A stretch of DNA of 64,000 nucleotides, taken from NCBI RefSeq assembly GCF_009914755.1, contig NC_060933.1. One strand, written 5' to 3'. Source of the stretch: the human T2T-CHM13v2.0 reference genome, Homo sapiens. Numbering within the stretch: the stretch's first letter is position 1; every line of letters begins with the position of its first letter. Shown here one piece after another: positions 31,455 to 59,488 of this stretch. The translations under genes and the position numbers were made by a program. Under the pieces are notes generated by a model, which was not told the DNA's origin, ran no database searches, and saw nothing but the letters and a program-made list of their open reading frames with translations.

Positions 31455-31939
31455 TTACCTCATAGGATTGGCGTGAGGATAAATGAGGTAGGAATACTCT
31501 CTCGTAGCTAGAACATTCATTCGTTCATTCACTCCAGAGGTATTGACGGAGTTTTTATGCTCTCCCCTCCTGACACTGCAGTGAACAAGACAAAGCCTTA
31601 GCTGTTGTGGAGCTGACCCCCTCCTAGGGACAGACAGACAATCATAAATTACTAAAACATACGGTGTGCCTGATGGTGTTCAGTGCTAGGGAGAAAAGGC
31701 AGGCAGGAAAGGGAGCCAGGGAGATGGGCTGATGTGGTCATGGCAGCTATATATGGGTAATAAATATCGTGGGTAGTTTTATTTTTCTTTTTGATCATTG
31801 GTTTTTTTCCACTTTTCTGTGGCAGACAGGTATTACTAGGTAATCAAAATTGAGTTTGGTTTTAAAAATCAGTCATCATGATGTAATGGAGACAGAGCTG
31901 GCCTGGAAGGTCCTATAAATCTCTTGGGATCCTTGCTTA

Positions 31940-32422
<483 letters not shown>

Positions 32423-32987
32423 TTAGACGAAACTGAGGAAAGAGTTAGTTCCTTGAAAGATAGATCTGAGGAAATCAGCTAGAATGAAGCTTAGAGAAAC
32501 AGAGACAAAAAGCATAAAAATTGGAAAATTCTGGTGAGAAACAGGAAAGGGATGGTTATAAGAAGTTCAGAAAAGTCACCAAATGAATAACAGCAATTAC
32601 ACTTAGATGGCAGCAACAATCCCTGGGCAACAGGGAGGATCTGATTTCCAGAGTTGCCGCATTATAATATTTGAAATGTCCAGTTTTCAACAAAAAAGCT
32701 ACGAAGCATGCAAAGAAGCAAAGAAAGTGTGGCCCATACACAGGGACAAAAAAAGGAATTAATAGGAGCTCATCCTTAGGAAGCCCAAGCATTGGACTTA
32801 CTACACCAAGACTTTAAATCAACTCTTAAATATGCTCAAGAGCTAAAGAAAACCATGTACAAAGAGCCAAAGGAAACTATGAGTATGATATCTCACCAAG
32901 TAGAAAAGAGAAATAAAGAGAAGTTGTAAAAAGGAACCAAATAGAAAGATTGAGTTGAAAAGAGCAATAACTAAAATTAAAAATTCC

Positions 32988-33029
32988 ATCTACAGCCATA
33001 CCACCCTGAAGGAACCCAATCTCATCTGA
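32988..33029 (+). pseudogene. Tailless 5S rRNA retropseudogene (5' 42 nt)
   Basis: atctacagccataccaccctgaaggaacccaatctcatctga vs 5S GTCTACGGCCATACCACCCTGAACGCGCCCGATCTCGTCTGA (35/42 by eye); TSD aaattaaaaattc at 32974-32986 and 33029-33041. Confidence 0.85.
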
Positions 33030-33048
33030 AATTAAAAATTCACTAGAG

Positions 33049-34509
33049 TCTCCCTCTCGCTCTCCCTCTCTCCCTCTCTCCCTCTCTCTCCCTCTCTCCC
33101 TCTCTCCCTCTCCCTCTCCCTTTCCACGGTCTCCCTCTGATACCCAGCCGAGGCTGGACTGTACTGCTGCCATCTCGGCTCACTGCAACCTCCCTGCCTG
33201 ATTCTCCTGCCTCAGCCTGCCCAGTGCCTGGGATTGCAGGCGCGTGCCGCCACACCTGACTGGTTTTTGCATTTTTTGGTGGAGACAGGGTTTCGCTGTG
33301 TTGGCCGGGCTGGTCTCCAGCTCCTGACGGCGAGTGATCTGCCTGCCTCGGCCTCCCGAGGTGCGGGGATTGCAGACGGAGTCTTGCTCACTCAGTGCTC
33401 AATGTTGCCCAGGCTGGAGTGCAGTGGCCTGATCTCGGCTCGCTACAACCTCCACTTCCCAGCCGCCTGCCTTGGCCTCCCAAAGTGGCAAGATTGCAGC
33501 CTCTGCCCGGCCGCCACCCCGTCTGGGAAGTGAGGAGCGTCTCTGCCTGGCCGCCCATCGTCTGGGATGTGAGGAGCCCCTCTGCCCGGCCACCGAGTCT
33601 GGGAAGTGAGGAGCGCCTCTTCCCGGCCGCCATCCTGTCTAGGAAGTGAGGAGCGTCTCTGCCTGGCCGCCCATCGTCTGGGATGTGGGGAGCGTCTCTG
33701 CCCCACTGTCCTGTCTGGGATGTGAAGAGCGCCTCTGCCCCACCGCCACCCCGTCTGGGAGGTGAGGAGCATCTCAGACCGGCCGCCCCGTCTGAGAAGT
33801 GAGGAGCCCCTCTGCCTGGCTGCCGCCCCTTCTGGGAAGTGAGGAGCGTCTCGGCCCGGCAGCCGCCCCGTCTGGGAGGTGGGGGACAGCCCCCGTCCGG
33901 CCACCGCCCCGTCTGGGAGGTGGGGGGCGCCTCTGCCCGGCCGCCCCGTCTGGGAAGTGAGGAGCCCCTCTGCCCGGCCGCCACCCCGTCTGGGAGGTGT
34001 ACCGAACAGCTCATTGAGAACGGGCCATGATGACGATGGCGGTTTTGTCGAATAGAAAAGAGGGAAATGTGGGGAAAAGAAAGAGAGATCAGATTGTTAC
34101 TGTGTCTGTATAGAAAGAAGTAGACATAGGAGACTCCATTTTGTTCTGTACTAAGAAAAATTCTTCTGCCTTGGGATGCTGTTAATTTATAACCTTACCC
34201 CCAACCCTGTGCTCTCTGAAACATGTGCTGTGTCCACTAAGGGTTAAATGGATTAAGGGCGGTGCAAGGTGTGCTTTGTTAAACAGATGCTTGAAGGCAG
34301 CATGCTCCTTAAGAGTCATCACCACTCCCTAATCTCAAGTACCCAGGGACACAAACACTGCGGAAGGTGGCAGGGCCCTCTGCCTAGGAAAACCAGAGAC
34401 CTTTGTTCACATGTTTATCTGCTGACCTTCCCTCCACTATTGTCCTATGACCTTGCCAAATCCCCCGCTCCGAGAAACACCCAAGAATGATCAACAAATA
34501 TTAAAAAAA
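33049..34509 (+). mobile_element. Full-length SVA (short VNTR, probably an older subfamily)
   Basis: (CCCTCT)n hexamers, Alu-like domain, GC-rich VNTR, SINE-R, poly-A; TSD aaaaatt(c/t)actagag at 33034-33048 and 34510-34524. Confidence 0.95.
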
Positions 34510-34868
34510 AAAAATTTACTAGAGAAATTTCATAGCATATTTGAGAAGACAGAAAAAATAATCAGCAAACCTAAAGATAAGTCAATTGAAATTACGCAAT
34601 TGGAGCAACAGAAAGGAAAAAAGAATAAAGAAAAAAATTAACAAAGCCTTAAAACTGTGGGACACTATCAAGCATACCAATATATGTACAATGGGAGTCA
34701 CAGAGGAAAAAGAGAGAGTAAGGAGGAAAGATTATTTCAGTGAATAATGGCCAAAAATTTCCCAAATTTTTGGTGAAAGATATGAATCTACATATCCAAG
34801 AAACTCAAAAAAGTTTTTTCAAGGTGAGATAAACTCAAATAGATCCATACCAAGCTACATTATCATCA

Positions 34869-37693
<2,825 letters not shown>

Positions 37694-38174
37694 GGGATAT
37701 TTAGAAAACAAATAGAAAAATAACAGAAGTAAATACTTCTGCATAAATAATTATATTAAATCTAAATGAATTAAATTCTCCAAGTAAAAGGCAGAGACTG
37801 ACAGAATGGATTTTTTTTTTAAAAACCAGGATCTAACTATATGATGTCTATATATAAGATATTCACTTTACAGTCAAAAAATAAAATAGGTTAAAAGTAA
37901 AAGTACGAAAAATGATATTTTATGTAAACAGTAACTAAAAGAGAGCTGGCCTGGCTATACTCATATCAGACAAAATAGACTTTAAGAAAAAATGTTTATA
38001 AGAAACAAAGAAAGACATTATGTAATACTAAAATACTCAATAAATTAAAAATATATAACAATTATAAACATCCATGCACATAACAACAAAGCTGCAACAC
38101 ATATGAGCAAAAACTAACAGAATTGAAGTGAGAAACATTAGTCCAACAATAATAGTTGGAGACTTTAACATTCC

Positions 38175-40984
<2,810 letters not shown>

Positions 40985-42184
40985 CTAAAGTAAAAGTTCA
41001 AGCAACAAAAGAAACAATGGATACATTTAACTTCATCAAAGTTAAAAACTTTTGTGCATCATATCAAGAAAGTGAAAAGACAACCCAAAGAATAGGAGAA
41101 AACATCAACAAATCATATATTTGATAATGGCATAGTATCCATAATATATAAACAATTTATACAACTCAACAGCAAAAAAACACATGAAAAGATGCTCAAC
41201 ACCATGAGTCATCAATGATGTACAAAATCAAAGCCACAGTGAGATTCCACTTAACACCCAGCAGGATGGCTGTAATTTTTGTAAAAAGGAAAATAAATGT
41301 TGGCAAGGATGCGAAATAATTAGAGCCCTCATGTATTGCTAGTGGAAATGTAAAATGGTACAGTCACTGTGGAAAACAGCTTGGCAGTTTCTGAAAAAGT
41401 TAAACATGGAATTACCATATGACCCAGCAATTCCATTCCTAGGTATACACCCAAAAGAACCGAAAACGGGTGCTCAAATAAAAACTTGTAAGAATAAGAA
41501 CTGTTCATAGCAGCATTATTCATAATAGTCAAAAGGCAAGAAAAAACAAATGTCTATCAGCCAATGAATGGATGAAGAAAATGTAGTATATCCTTATACA
41601 ACAGAGTATTAGTCATAAAAAGGAATGAAGTACTGATACATGTTACAACATGGATGAATCTTGAAGATATTAGGGGCTACATGAAAGAAGCCAGAAACAA
41701 AAGACCACATCTTGTATGATCCCATTTATATGAAATGTCCACAAGAGGCAAATCCACAGAGACAGAAGGTGGATTAATGGTGGCTCACATCTGTAATATC
41801 AGCATCTTGGGAGGTCAAGGCAGGAGGATCAGTTGAGCCCAGGAGTTACAGACCAGCCTGGGCAACAGAGTGAGATGCTGTTTATCAAAAAAAAAAAATT
41901 AGCCAGGCATGATGGTCCATGCCTGTGGTCCCAGCTACTCAGGAGTCTGAGGTGGGAAGATTGCTTGAGCCTGGGAGGTTGCCAAGGGCTGGGGAGAAGA
42001 CAAATGGGAGTGAGTGTTAATGGGTACTGGGTTTCTGTTTAGGGTAAAGAAAATGTGCTGGAATTAGGCAGAGGTGATGATTGCTCAGCATTGTAAATAT
42101 GCTGGAAGTCATTAAATTATACACTTTAAAATGGTTAAAATGGCAAATTTTATGTTATGTGAATGTTACATCCATAGTAAGATT

Positions 42185-45544
<3,360 letters not shown>

Positions 45545-46634
45545 TCACCTCTGTGGGCCTCAGTTTCCTCCTGTGTGAAGTGGAGATTATAATGGAACTC
45601 ACAGTATAGGAATTCCAGGGGATAAGGAGATGGTGTCTATGTGGCGAGGTGGAGCAGCACAGCCAGGGCCGCCCAGGTCACAGTGCTGAGAGGCGAGCAG
45701 AGGCACGGGAGGACCGTGGGCATCAGGCCTGATGGCCCAGGGAGTCCCGGCAGTGGCAGTGTGTGAAGGACAGACCCCTGGGGCTCACTGCCTTGGGTAT
45801 GAGCCCCCTGACCTCAAAGGCCCCATTAGGAGCTAGTGTCACCCTTGACTTCCCCCAGCCCCACTCCCCACATCCAGTTGGCCACCCTGTCCTGTGGTTT
45901 CTACCTCCTAAATATCCCTCCAATGTGTCCACTCCCTCTTTTCCTGTGTACCTGCAGTGGCCTCTGAGCTTCCACAGAGTAGCTGGAGGGGACATGTCCT
46001 TGCTGCTGACAGTGTACCACAGCTGCACAATGTCCCCAGCCTGGCCTGCAGTTCCCGCATGCTCCTGTCTGCCCACTGGCCTGCCCACCCTGTCTGGGCT
46101 GCTCTGGCCCCTCCCAGATCCTCAGACTTGCCAAGCTCCGTCCTGCCACAGGGCCCTGGTGTAGCCTGTTCTCTCTGCTTGGAACATGCTCTTCTCTTCT
46201 GCCCTGCTCCTCCTGGCTTCTGCTGCTCAATCTCCCTGGCTCCCTTCAGGGAAGCCTGCCCTGGCCACACCCCACCCTTTTGAGCTCTTACATGCGCAGC
46301 CACACCCCGCCCATGGCAGGACTCACCCCACTGTGTATGTGTGGTCACAGGCACGAGGCTTTGACCGCATCTCATTTGCCTTGGCCCCGGGGCTGCAGCT
46401 CTGTAGCTATCTCAGCCCCCTGTGTGTCCCCACTGCTTGGCACCGATGATGAGCTCAACACAAGAGGCTTCATGCACGGCCCTTGCCAGGCAGCGAAGGG
46501 GAGCGTGAGGAGCAGGTGAGGTCACTGGACTGGCACACGGGCTCATTTTAGGAGACTCTTGAAGCTCTTCAAATCGGTACTTTAAATCTAGGCCAAATTG
46601 TACATCAATACCTTCTGTTAAGAAGGGAAGGATA

Positions 46635-47590
<956 letters not shown>

Positions 47591-47712
47591 GAAGGGAAAG
47601 ACATTGTTGCTCATGTCCTTGCACTCCCGTGGGGCGTGTCTGCATTTTTGGGGATGGGGAGAGTCATGCTGACGTGAAGGTTCTCTGAAATAAGTCGGGG
47701 AATGCGAATGAG

Positions 47713-47714
<2 letters not shown>

Positions 47715-47783
<69 letters not shown>

Positions 47784-47800
47784 CAGACAGAGAGAGAGAG
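47715..47800. repeat. (TG)n(AG)n compound microsatellite
   Basis: Direct inspection. Confidence 0.95.
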
Positions 47801-48526
47801 GCATGAAGATCCTGTCTTCCTAAGAGGCTTCGGACAGAACAGGAAGTAGGTGTCAGGAGACAGAAGGTGAAAGAGGAGGCGGGGTCCTGCCAGCTGCCTC
47901 TCGTTCCTGGGGCGTCTGTTCCTATTCCTCTTTGCGTGCTCTCACCTGCAAATGGGGCACAGCGCATCCAGAACCAGACAGCCCTTCTCTGCTCCAGCCC
48001 TGGACTACCTTGGATTCAACATGGTGGCTGCTGTCCCTGTCCCACCTTATGTGAGGAAACCACAGGTTAGAAGAGACATGTATGGGTAGGTGTCAGAGCC
48101 TGGACTGGACACAGTCTAGTGCCAATGCCCGGGGGCATAACCACTCGGCTCCCTGGCCTTGTGCCCACATGTACAAGGTTGTGCATACACCAGGGTGTCC
48201 ACAGAGGCCAGGAAGTGGCAGGTTAAGAAGGGGGTCAGAAAGTGGAGACTGTACACAATCATGATGACCCCTAGAGCTTTGCCAGGCTGAGGTGACATTG
48301 CAGAAGGAGTTGCAGCCCTCCTTGTCTTCCTAGGTGCCCAGACTTTTTGGGCCCCATTTGTGCCCAAGGCCGTTCAGGGTAGTGACACCAGCTGTAGCCG
48401 ACAAAGAAAGGAGGATGGATGCCTGCCCGAGAGTGTCACTAGGCCGTGATGAGCCAAGGCCCCAAAAGACACCCTCCTGGCCAAAGATCATGTTTCTACT
48501 CACTTTTTAAAAACGTTTTATTTTAG

Positions 48527-48706
<180 letters not shown>

Positions 48707-49247
48707 TAGTAGAGACGGGGTTTCACCATGTTAGCCAGGATGGTCTCGATCTCCTGACCTCGTGATCTGCCCACCTCAGCCTCCTAAAGTGCTGGGATTA
48801 CAGGCGTGAGCCACCATGCCCAGCTAGAATGATTTTACATTTGTAGAAAAGTTACAAAGACAGTACAGAAAGTTCCTACAGACCGCCCCCCCAACCCAGT
48901 TCCCCCATTGTTAACTTCTTACATCACCAAGGCACACTTGTCATAACGAAGAAACCAATGCTGGAGCAGGAAGTGTGATGCTTCCAGCTTTATTTTTAAT
49001 TTCTCAAGGTTGCTTTGGCTATTCAGAGACTATCGTGGCTCCCTGTGAATTTTAGAATTGTTTTTCTCTATTTCTGTGAAAACTGCCATTGGAATTTTGA
49101 TAGGGATTGTGTCGAATCTGTAGATCATTTTGGGTAGTATTGTGCATTTTAACAATATTAATTCTTCCAATCCATGAACATAGGCTATCTTTCCATTCAT
49201 TCATGTCTTCAATTTTTTCATCACCTTTTTTTTTTTTTTTTTTTTGA

Positions 49248-49466
<219 letters not shown>

Positions 49467-50095
49467 TGATCTGCCCACCTCAGCCTCCCAAAGTGCTGGG
49501 ATTACAGGTGTTAGGCACTGTGCCCTGCCTCATCAATGTTTTACAGTTTTCAGTATACAGGTCTTTCATCTTCTTGGTTAAATTGATTCCTAAGTACTTT
49601 ATTATTTTGGATGCCTTTGTAAATGGCATTGTTTTCTTGCTTTCCTTTCCAGCTGTCCTGTTATTGATATAAAGAAATATAACTGATTTTTTTTTTAAGA
49701 GAGAGAGACAGGGTCTTGCTGTGTAGCCCAACTTGGTCTGAAACTCTTGGCCTCAAGCAATCCTCCTGCCTCAGCCTCCCAAAGTGCTGGGATTACAGGT
49801 GTGAGCCACTGTGCCCAGCCAGAACTGATTTTTATATGTTGATTTTGTATCCTGTGAATTTGTTTGTTAGTTCAACTAACAATTGTTTTGTGGAGTCTTC
49901 AGGGTTTTCTACAAATAGAATCATGTCATAGCAAACAGAGATAATTTTACTTCTTCCTTTCCAATTGGGATTGCTTTTATTTATTTTTTCTTGTCTGATT
50001 CCTCTTGCTATTACTTCCAGTGCTACGTTGAATAGAAGAGACAAGAGTGAGCATACTGTCTTGTTCCTGACTTTAAAGGAAAAGCTTTCAGTTTA

Positions 50096-51345
<1,250 letters not shown>

Positions 51346-51469
51346 GTAGTCTCTGCTACTCGAGAGGCTGAGGCGGGAAGACTGCTTTAGCCTGGGACAC
51401 AGAGGCTGCAGCGAGCCATGATTGTGCCATAGCACTCCAGCCTGGGTGACAGAGTGGCCCTGTCTAAAA

Positions 51470-51640
51470 AATACATATACATATGTTATATATATATAGA
51501 GAGAGAATATATATATAGTATATATATACTATACTGTATATATAAATACTGCAGTGTATTTACTATATACTATATACTATTATTTACTATATACCATATA
51601 TACTATATACACTATAGTGTATTTACTATATATTGTATAG
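51470..51640. repeat. (TA)n / AT-rich low-complexity repeat
   Basis: Direct inspection. Confidence 0.85.
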
Positions 51641-51769
51641 TAAAGCTATAGTGAACAAAGTGGGATGGTACTAGCATAAAAACAGACATATAGACCAGTG
51701 GAAAGTCAGCCCAGAAATAAACCCAAGCAGATACAGTCAACTAATTTTCAATAAGAGTGCCAAGAGGAC

Positions 51770-52161
51770 TGTATTAGTCTGTTCATACACAGCTATAATG
51801 TGCAAGAACCTGAGACTGGGTAATTTCTAAAGAGGTGTAATCGGCTCACTGTTCTGCAGGCTGTACAGGCTTCTGCTTCTGGGAATACCTCAGGAAACTT
51901 ACAATCGTGGCTGAAGGTGAAGGAGAAGCAGTCACGTTTACCTGGCAGGAGCAGGAAGAGAGAGTGAAGGGCGACGCACTACACACTTTCAAACAACCAG
52001 ATCTTGTAAGAACTCTATCACAAGACAGCAAAATGGGAGGATGGTGCTCAACCATTAGAAACACCCCCGTGATCCAATCACCTCCCACCAGGCCCCACCT
52101 CCAACACCGGGGATTATAATTTAACATGGGATTTGGGTGGGGACACAGAGCCAAGCCATAT
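51770..52161. mobile_element. MST (MaLR) LTR
   Basis: tgtattagtctgtt...gatccaatcacctcccaccaggccccacctccaacac...gatttgggtggggacacagagcca. Confidence 0.8.
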
Positions 52162-52661
52162 GAGGGACACAATGGGGCAAGTATAGTCTCCTCAATAAAT
52201 GATGTTGGGAAGACTGGATATCCATGCGCAAGAGAATGCAATTAAACCCTTATCTTACATCATACAAAAAATCAAGTCAAAGTGAATTAAAGACCTAAAT
52301 GTAAGACCTGAAACCATAAATCCCCTAGAAGAAGACAGGGGGAAGGCCCCTTGACATTGGCTTTGGCAATGATTTTTTAGATATCACACCAAAAGCTCAG
52401 GCAACAAAAGCGTTGAATAAACAAATAGGACTACGTAAAACTAAAAAGCTTCTCACAGCAAAGGTGACAATGGACAAAATGAAAAGGCAGCCAATGGAAT
52501 GGGAAAAAAATATTTGCAAACCATGCACCTGATAAGGGATTAATATCCAAAATATATAAGGAACTTATATAACTCAATAGCAAAAAATCCCACAAATATC
52601 CCAGTTAAAAATGGGCAAAGAACCTGCATAGACAGTTTTCAAAGAAGACAAAAATTGCCAA

Positions 52662-53649
<988 letters not shown>

Positions 53650-53819
53650 AATGGCCAACTGGTCTATGAAAAGGTGCCCAACATCACCAATGATGACAGA
53701 AATGCAGAAATGCAAACGCCAGGGTCTGAATGTTTGTGTTTCCCCAAAATTCATAGGTTGAAACCCAATCCCCAAGACGATGGCATTAAGAAGTGGGGCC
53801 GGCTGGGTGCAGTGGCTCA

Positions 53820-54146
<327 letters not shown>

Positions 54147-54894
54147 TTAATGCCCTTGTAAGAGAGGCATTAGAGAGCTTGTTCACCCCTTTCACCATGT
54201 GAGAGCACAAAGAAGGTGCCATCTGAGGAATGGACACTTAGCAGATCCTCAGTTAGCTGGTGCCTTGATCTTGGACTACCCAGCCTCCAGAACTGTGAGC
54301 AATCAGTTTCTGTTGTTTATAAAGTACCCAGTCTAAGATATTTTGTAATAGCAGTGCGAACTGACCATGGCAGCAAATTAAAACCACAATGAGATATCAC
54401 TTCACACGTTAGGATGGCTGTAACCAAAAGACAAGGGATAAATGTGAGCAAGGCTGTGGTGAAAGGTACATTTGTACACTGTTGATGGGTATGTAGATCG
54501 GTACCATCATTATGGAAAACAGTATGGAGGCCCTTCAAAAAACTAAAGGTAGAACCACCATATGATCCAGCAATCTCTCTTCTGGGAATATAGCCAAAGG
54601 AGATGAAATATAAGCACTTCATAGAGATATCCGCACTCCCATGTTCAATGCGGCACTATTCGCAATAGCCAAGGCATGGAATCCACCTAAGTGTCCACTG
54701 ACAGAGGCCTAGATAAGGAAACTGTGGTCTACACATGCAATGGAATATTTCCAGCTCTTCAAAAGGAGATTCTGGCTGGGCACGGTGGCTCACACCTGTA
54801 ATCCCAGCACTTTGGGAAGCCAAGGCGGGCAGATCACCTGAGGCCAGGAGTTCAAGACCAGCCTGGCCAACATGGAGAAACCCTGTCTCCACTA

Positions 54895-55119
<225 letters not shown>

Positions 55120-55304
55120 TTATGCTAAATGAAATAAGCCAAACATAGAAGGAAAAGTACTGCATGATCTCATGTATATATGAAATTTTTTTTTGCGGGT
55201 GGGGGTGGGGATGGAGCCTCACTCTGTTGCCCAGGTTGGAGTGCAGTGCAGTGGTGGTATCTTTGCTCACTGCAACCTCCACCTCCCTTCCTGGGTTCAA
55301 GTGA

Positions 55305-55550
<246 letters not shown>

Positions 55551-55596
55551 TAATCCCAGCATTTTGGGAGGCCGAGGCAGGCGGATCACGAGATCA

Positions 55597-55911
<315 letters not shown>

Positions 55912-56441
55912 TTAAAGTTACACAGGATGAATGAGTCTAAAGATCTAAAGTCCAGCGTGAGGACTATAGTCATCAATAATAATGTATTGTATACCGAAAA
56001 CTTACTGAGAGTAGATTTTAGGGGCTCTCAGCACGCACACAGAGGGGGCAACTATGTGAGACAATGGACATGCTCATTTGTTTGACTGTTGTAAGCATTT
56101 CACAACGTTACATGGTGCACATTATTATTATGATTACAAACAGGGTCGCACTTTGTTACCCAGACTGGAGTGCAGCGGTGCCATTATAGCTCACTGTAGC
56201 CTCAAACTCCTGGGCTCAAGAAATCCTCCCGTCTCAGCTTCCCAAAGCTCTAAGATTACAGATGTAAGTCACTGTGCCCAGCCTGCGCTTTAAATAGTCT
56301 ATATTTAAGTATTAATTATGGCCGGGTGCGGTGGCTCACACCTGTAATCCCAACACTTTGGGAGGACATGGTGGGTGGATCGCTTGAGGTCAAGAGTTTG
56401 AGACCAGCTTGGTCAACATGGCGAAACCCCCATCTCTACTA

Positions 56442-56600
<159 letters not shown>

Positions 56601-58622
56601 TCAAAAAAAACCCCCAAACTATTCCTTAAATAGTACATTAGGTATATATGAAATAGCATATATTTAATAATAATAAAGAAACTGACATGGATATATTGCT
56701 ATTTTTTTTTCTAGACAGGGTCTCACTCTACCACCCAGGCTGGCATGCAGTGGTGCAATCAAAGCTCACTGCAGCCTTGAACTCCTGGCCTGAAGTGATC
56801 CTCCTGCCTCAGCCTCCCAAAGTACTGGGATTACAGGAGTGCAGCACCACACTCGGCTGGTACATTGCTATTAATTAAACTCAGGTTACATTTGGATTTC
56901 ACCAGTCTGCCTGCCAATGCCCTTTTTCTGTTCGGAATCCAACCTAGGGCACTGCTTTGCACTGAGGTGTGAGTTCCCTCCCATCTCTGACAGTTTATCA
57001 ATCTTTTCTTGCTGTTTATGACCGAGACAGGTTTGAGAAGCACGGATGGGGTATTCTGCAGAATGCACCCCCATCTGGGGCTGTCTGAGGTTTGCTCCTG
57101 ATCAGTCTAGAGAGAAGACCGTGAAGCCAAGTGCCTTCTGCTCACGTTCATCACAGCAGGGACCCATGCAGCCCATGAGACCTCATCGCCCGGGGTCACG
57201 CCCACCAGGCACCTGCACTGTGACGTTGCTGTTCCCCTACTCGGTACTCTGTTCTTTGGGAGAGAGAAGAGAGGCACTAAGCACATTGCACTCTCACAGG
57301 GCAAAGGTTTTAGCTCCACCTCCTGGAGGGGGACAGTACTACATGTCACTTGGGATTCTTCCATTCTTCTCTAAGGAAGATCTGTCTCTCCACCATTTAT
57401 TCAATCACTATGAACTGATGTATATTTATGTCATACTTTGGGTCATAATCCAATGCTACATTATTTATTTTGTTGTTCTAATCATCCCAGCTTTGGCCAC
57501 TGGGTGCTCTTTCCAGGTTGGCCCTGTGTCCCTGTGACCTGCCCCGTCCTTTTGTTTCTTGAGCAATTCCCTACTTTCCGTCATTACTTAATGCTCCAGG
57601 CTTGAAACAAAAGATGTCACTCTGACCGTGCGCAATGGCTTACACCTATAATCCCAGCACTTTGGGAGGCAGAGGTGGATGGATCACTTGAGGCCCGGAG
57701 TTTGAGACCAGCCTGGCCAACATGGCAAAACCCTGTCTGTACTAAAAATACAAAGAATTAGCCAGGTGTTGGAGCACGTGCTTGTAATCCCAGGTACTCA
57801 GAAGGCTGAGGCACAAGAATCGCTTGAACCCAGGAGACAGGGGCTCCAGTGAGCCAAGATTGTGCCACTGCACTCCACACTCCAGCCCGGGAGGCAGAGT
57901 CACACTCTGTCTAAAAAAGAAAAAAAAAAGATACCAGCCTGACTCCCCAGCTGATTCATTTAGTCTTCTGGCAAGTCTCTGTTAAGCACCTGCTGCATAC
58001 CCACTGCTGTAACAGTGCCAGGAACATAGTCAGTGTGCATAAAGCCTTCCTCCATCCATATCTTCAAACAACAGCCCATGAAGCCCGTGCTCTGTCCCCA
58101 GAGTTGTACCGGGCTTAGGGGATTCTGCAGAACATAGCAGATGAGACCTCTGCCCTTGCAGAACATGCACCTGAGTGGTGCAGAGAGACCTAAAGTCATA
58201 ATGACAGCAGCAGCTGTGTGCGGTGAACCCTGCTGAGGCTACCAAGGGGGCTAGTGGGGAAAGCCTGGAGCCCTTTGTGACAGGCAGAAGTGGTAAGCCT
58301 GGGCTCTACCCTAAATCTTTGGAGCGAGCTGCTGCTGCAATCCTCCCAGTGACTGCGTGGCTCTAGATAAGGCACCTTTCCAGAACCTCCTCTCATTTCA
58401 CAGGGGCCAGAATGGGACCAGGCCATCTATTTCCACATCATGTGGATGGAGAAACAGAGGCCGTGTTCAGGACCCCAGAGCCAGGGGGCCCTTGGCTAAG
58501 ACCCTCTCCCCCTGGCCGGGTCCAGCATTCCAGACTGGAAATCAGAGAGGACAACATCCTAGATACAGGGACCAGCACTGACCAGGAGTTCACAGAAAGG
58601 CCATCCCTGCCCCTAGACACAC

Positions 58623-59488
58623 TGTTATATGTAAATGCTTGTTCCCCGGTGCTGCAAAGAAATAGCACTTGAACATAAATTTAATCCTCTCAGCAAGGCC
58701 TTTTGTACTTTCTGCAGAAAGGGTGCTCATCGCAGATGGAATAATGGCGAGAGCACATCCGAACAAAGGAGGGAAGCAATTTTTATTCCTCACGCAGTTT
58801 GTCCCAGCTACTGCGTCCTGTCTCCATTGGCAGGAGCCAGACCGCACAATCTAAACTAAAACCTGATTGGCTAACAGTTTAAAACTTTTCGGCCAGGCGC
58901 GGTGGCTCACGCTTGTAATCCCAGCACTTTGGGAGGCCGAGGCGGGCGTATCACGAGGTCAGGAGATCGAGACCATCCTGGCTAACATGGTGAATCCCTG
59001 TCTCTACTAAAAATACAAAAAATTAGCCGGGTGTGGTGGCGGGTGCCTGTAGTCCCAGCTACTCAGGAGGCTGAGTCAGGAGAATGGCGTGAACTCGGGA
59101 AGCGGAGCTTGCACTGAGCCGAGATCGTGCCACTGCACTCCAGCCTGGGAGACAGCAAGACTCCATCTCAAAAAAAAAAAAAAAAGAAATTTTCTAAATA
59201 GGTAAAAGTAATGGAAGGATAAAGGAAAAGAGGAAGTTGCTTACGAAAGGACTTAGAAAAGTAATAACATTCCCAAATAAGGAAGGGGCATGGGCTGTGA
59301 GCTGGGACATGCCTGTGATCACGTCCAGCACAGATGTCTTGGTTAAAGTACAAGGACATAGAATATATTACATGCCTGTGAGCATGTCTAGCATAAAGCT
59401 AGTCTTTAAAAGAAACTATTATTTCTAACCCTTATGATTTATTTTTAACAAGAAGGGAAACTTTGAAGAGGAACTTTTACTTTCTACA
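58623..59488 (-). mobile_element. ERV1 solo LTR, LTR10C-like, interrupted by AluY (~58891-59186)
   Basis: TG...CA termini; minus strand starts tgtagaaagtaaaagttcctcttcaaagtttccc; CCAAT boxes and p53-type half-sites. Confidence 0.7.

Noticed and set aside
33500-34000. Repeat-spacer-like pattern suggestive of a CRISPR array
   Set aside because: It is the SVA VNTR in a human locus; there are no unique spacers or cas genes.
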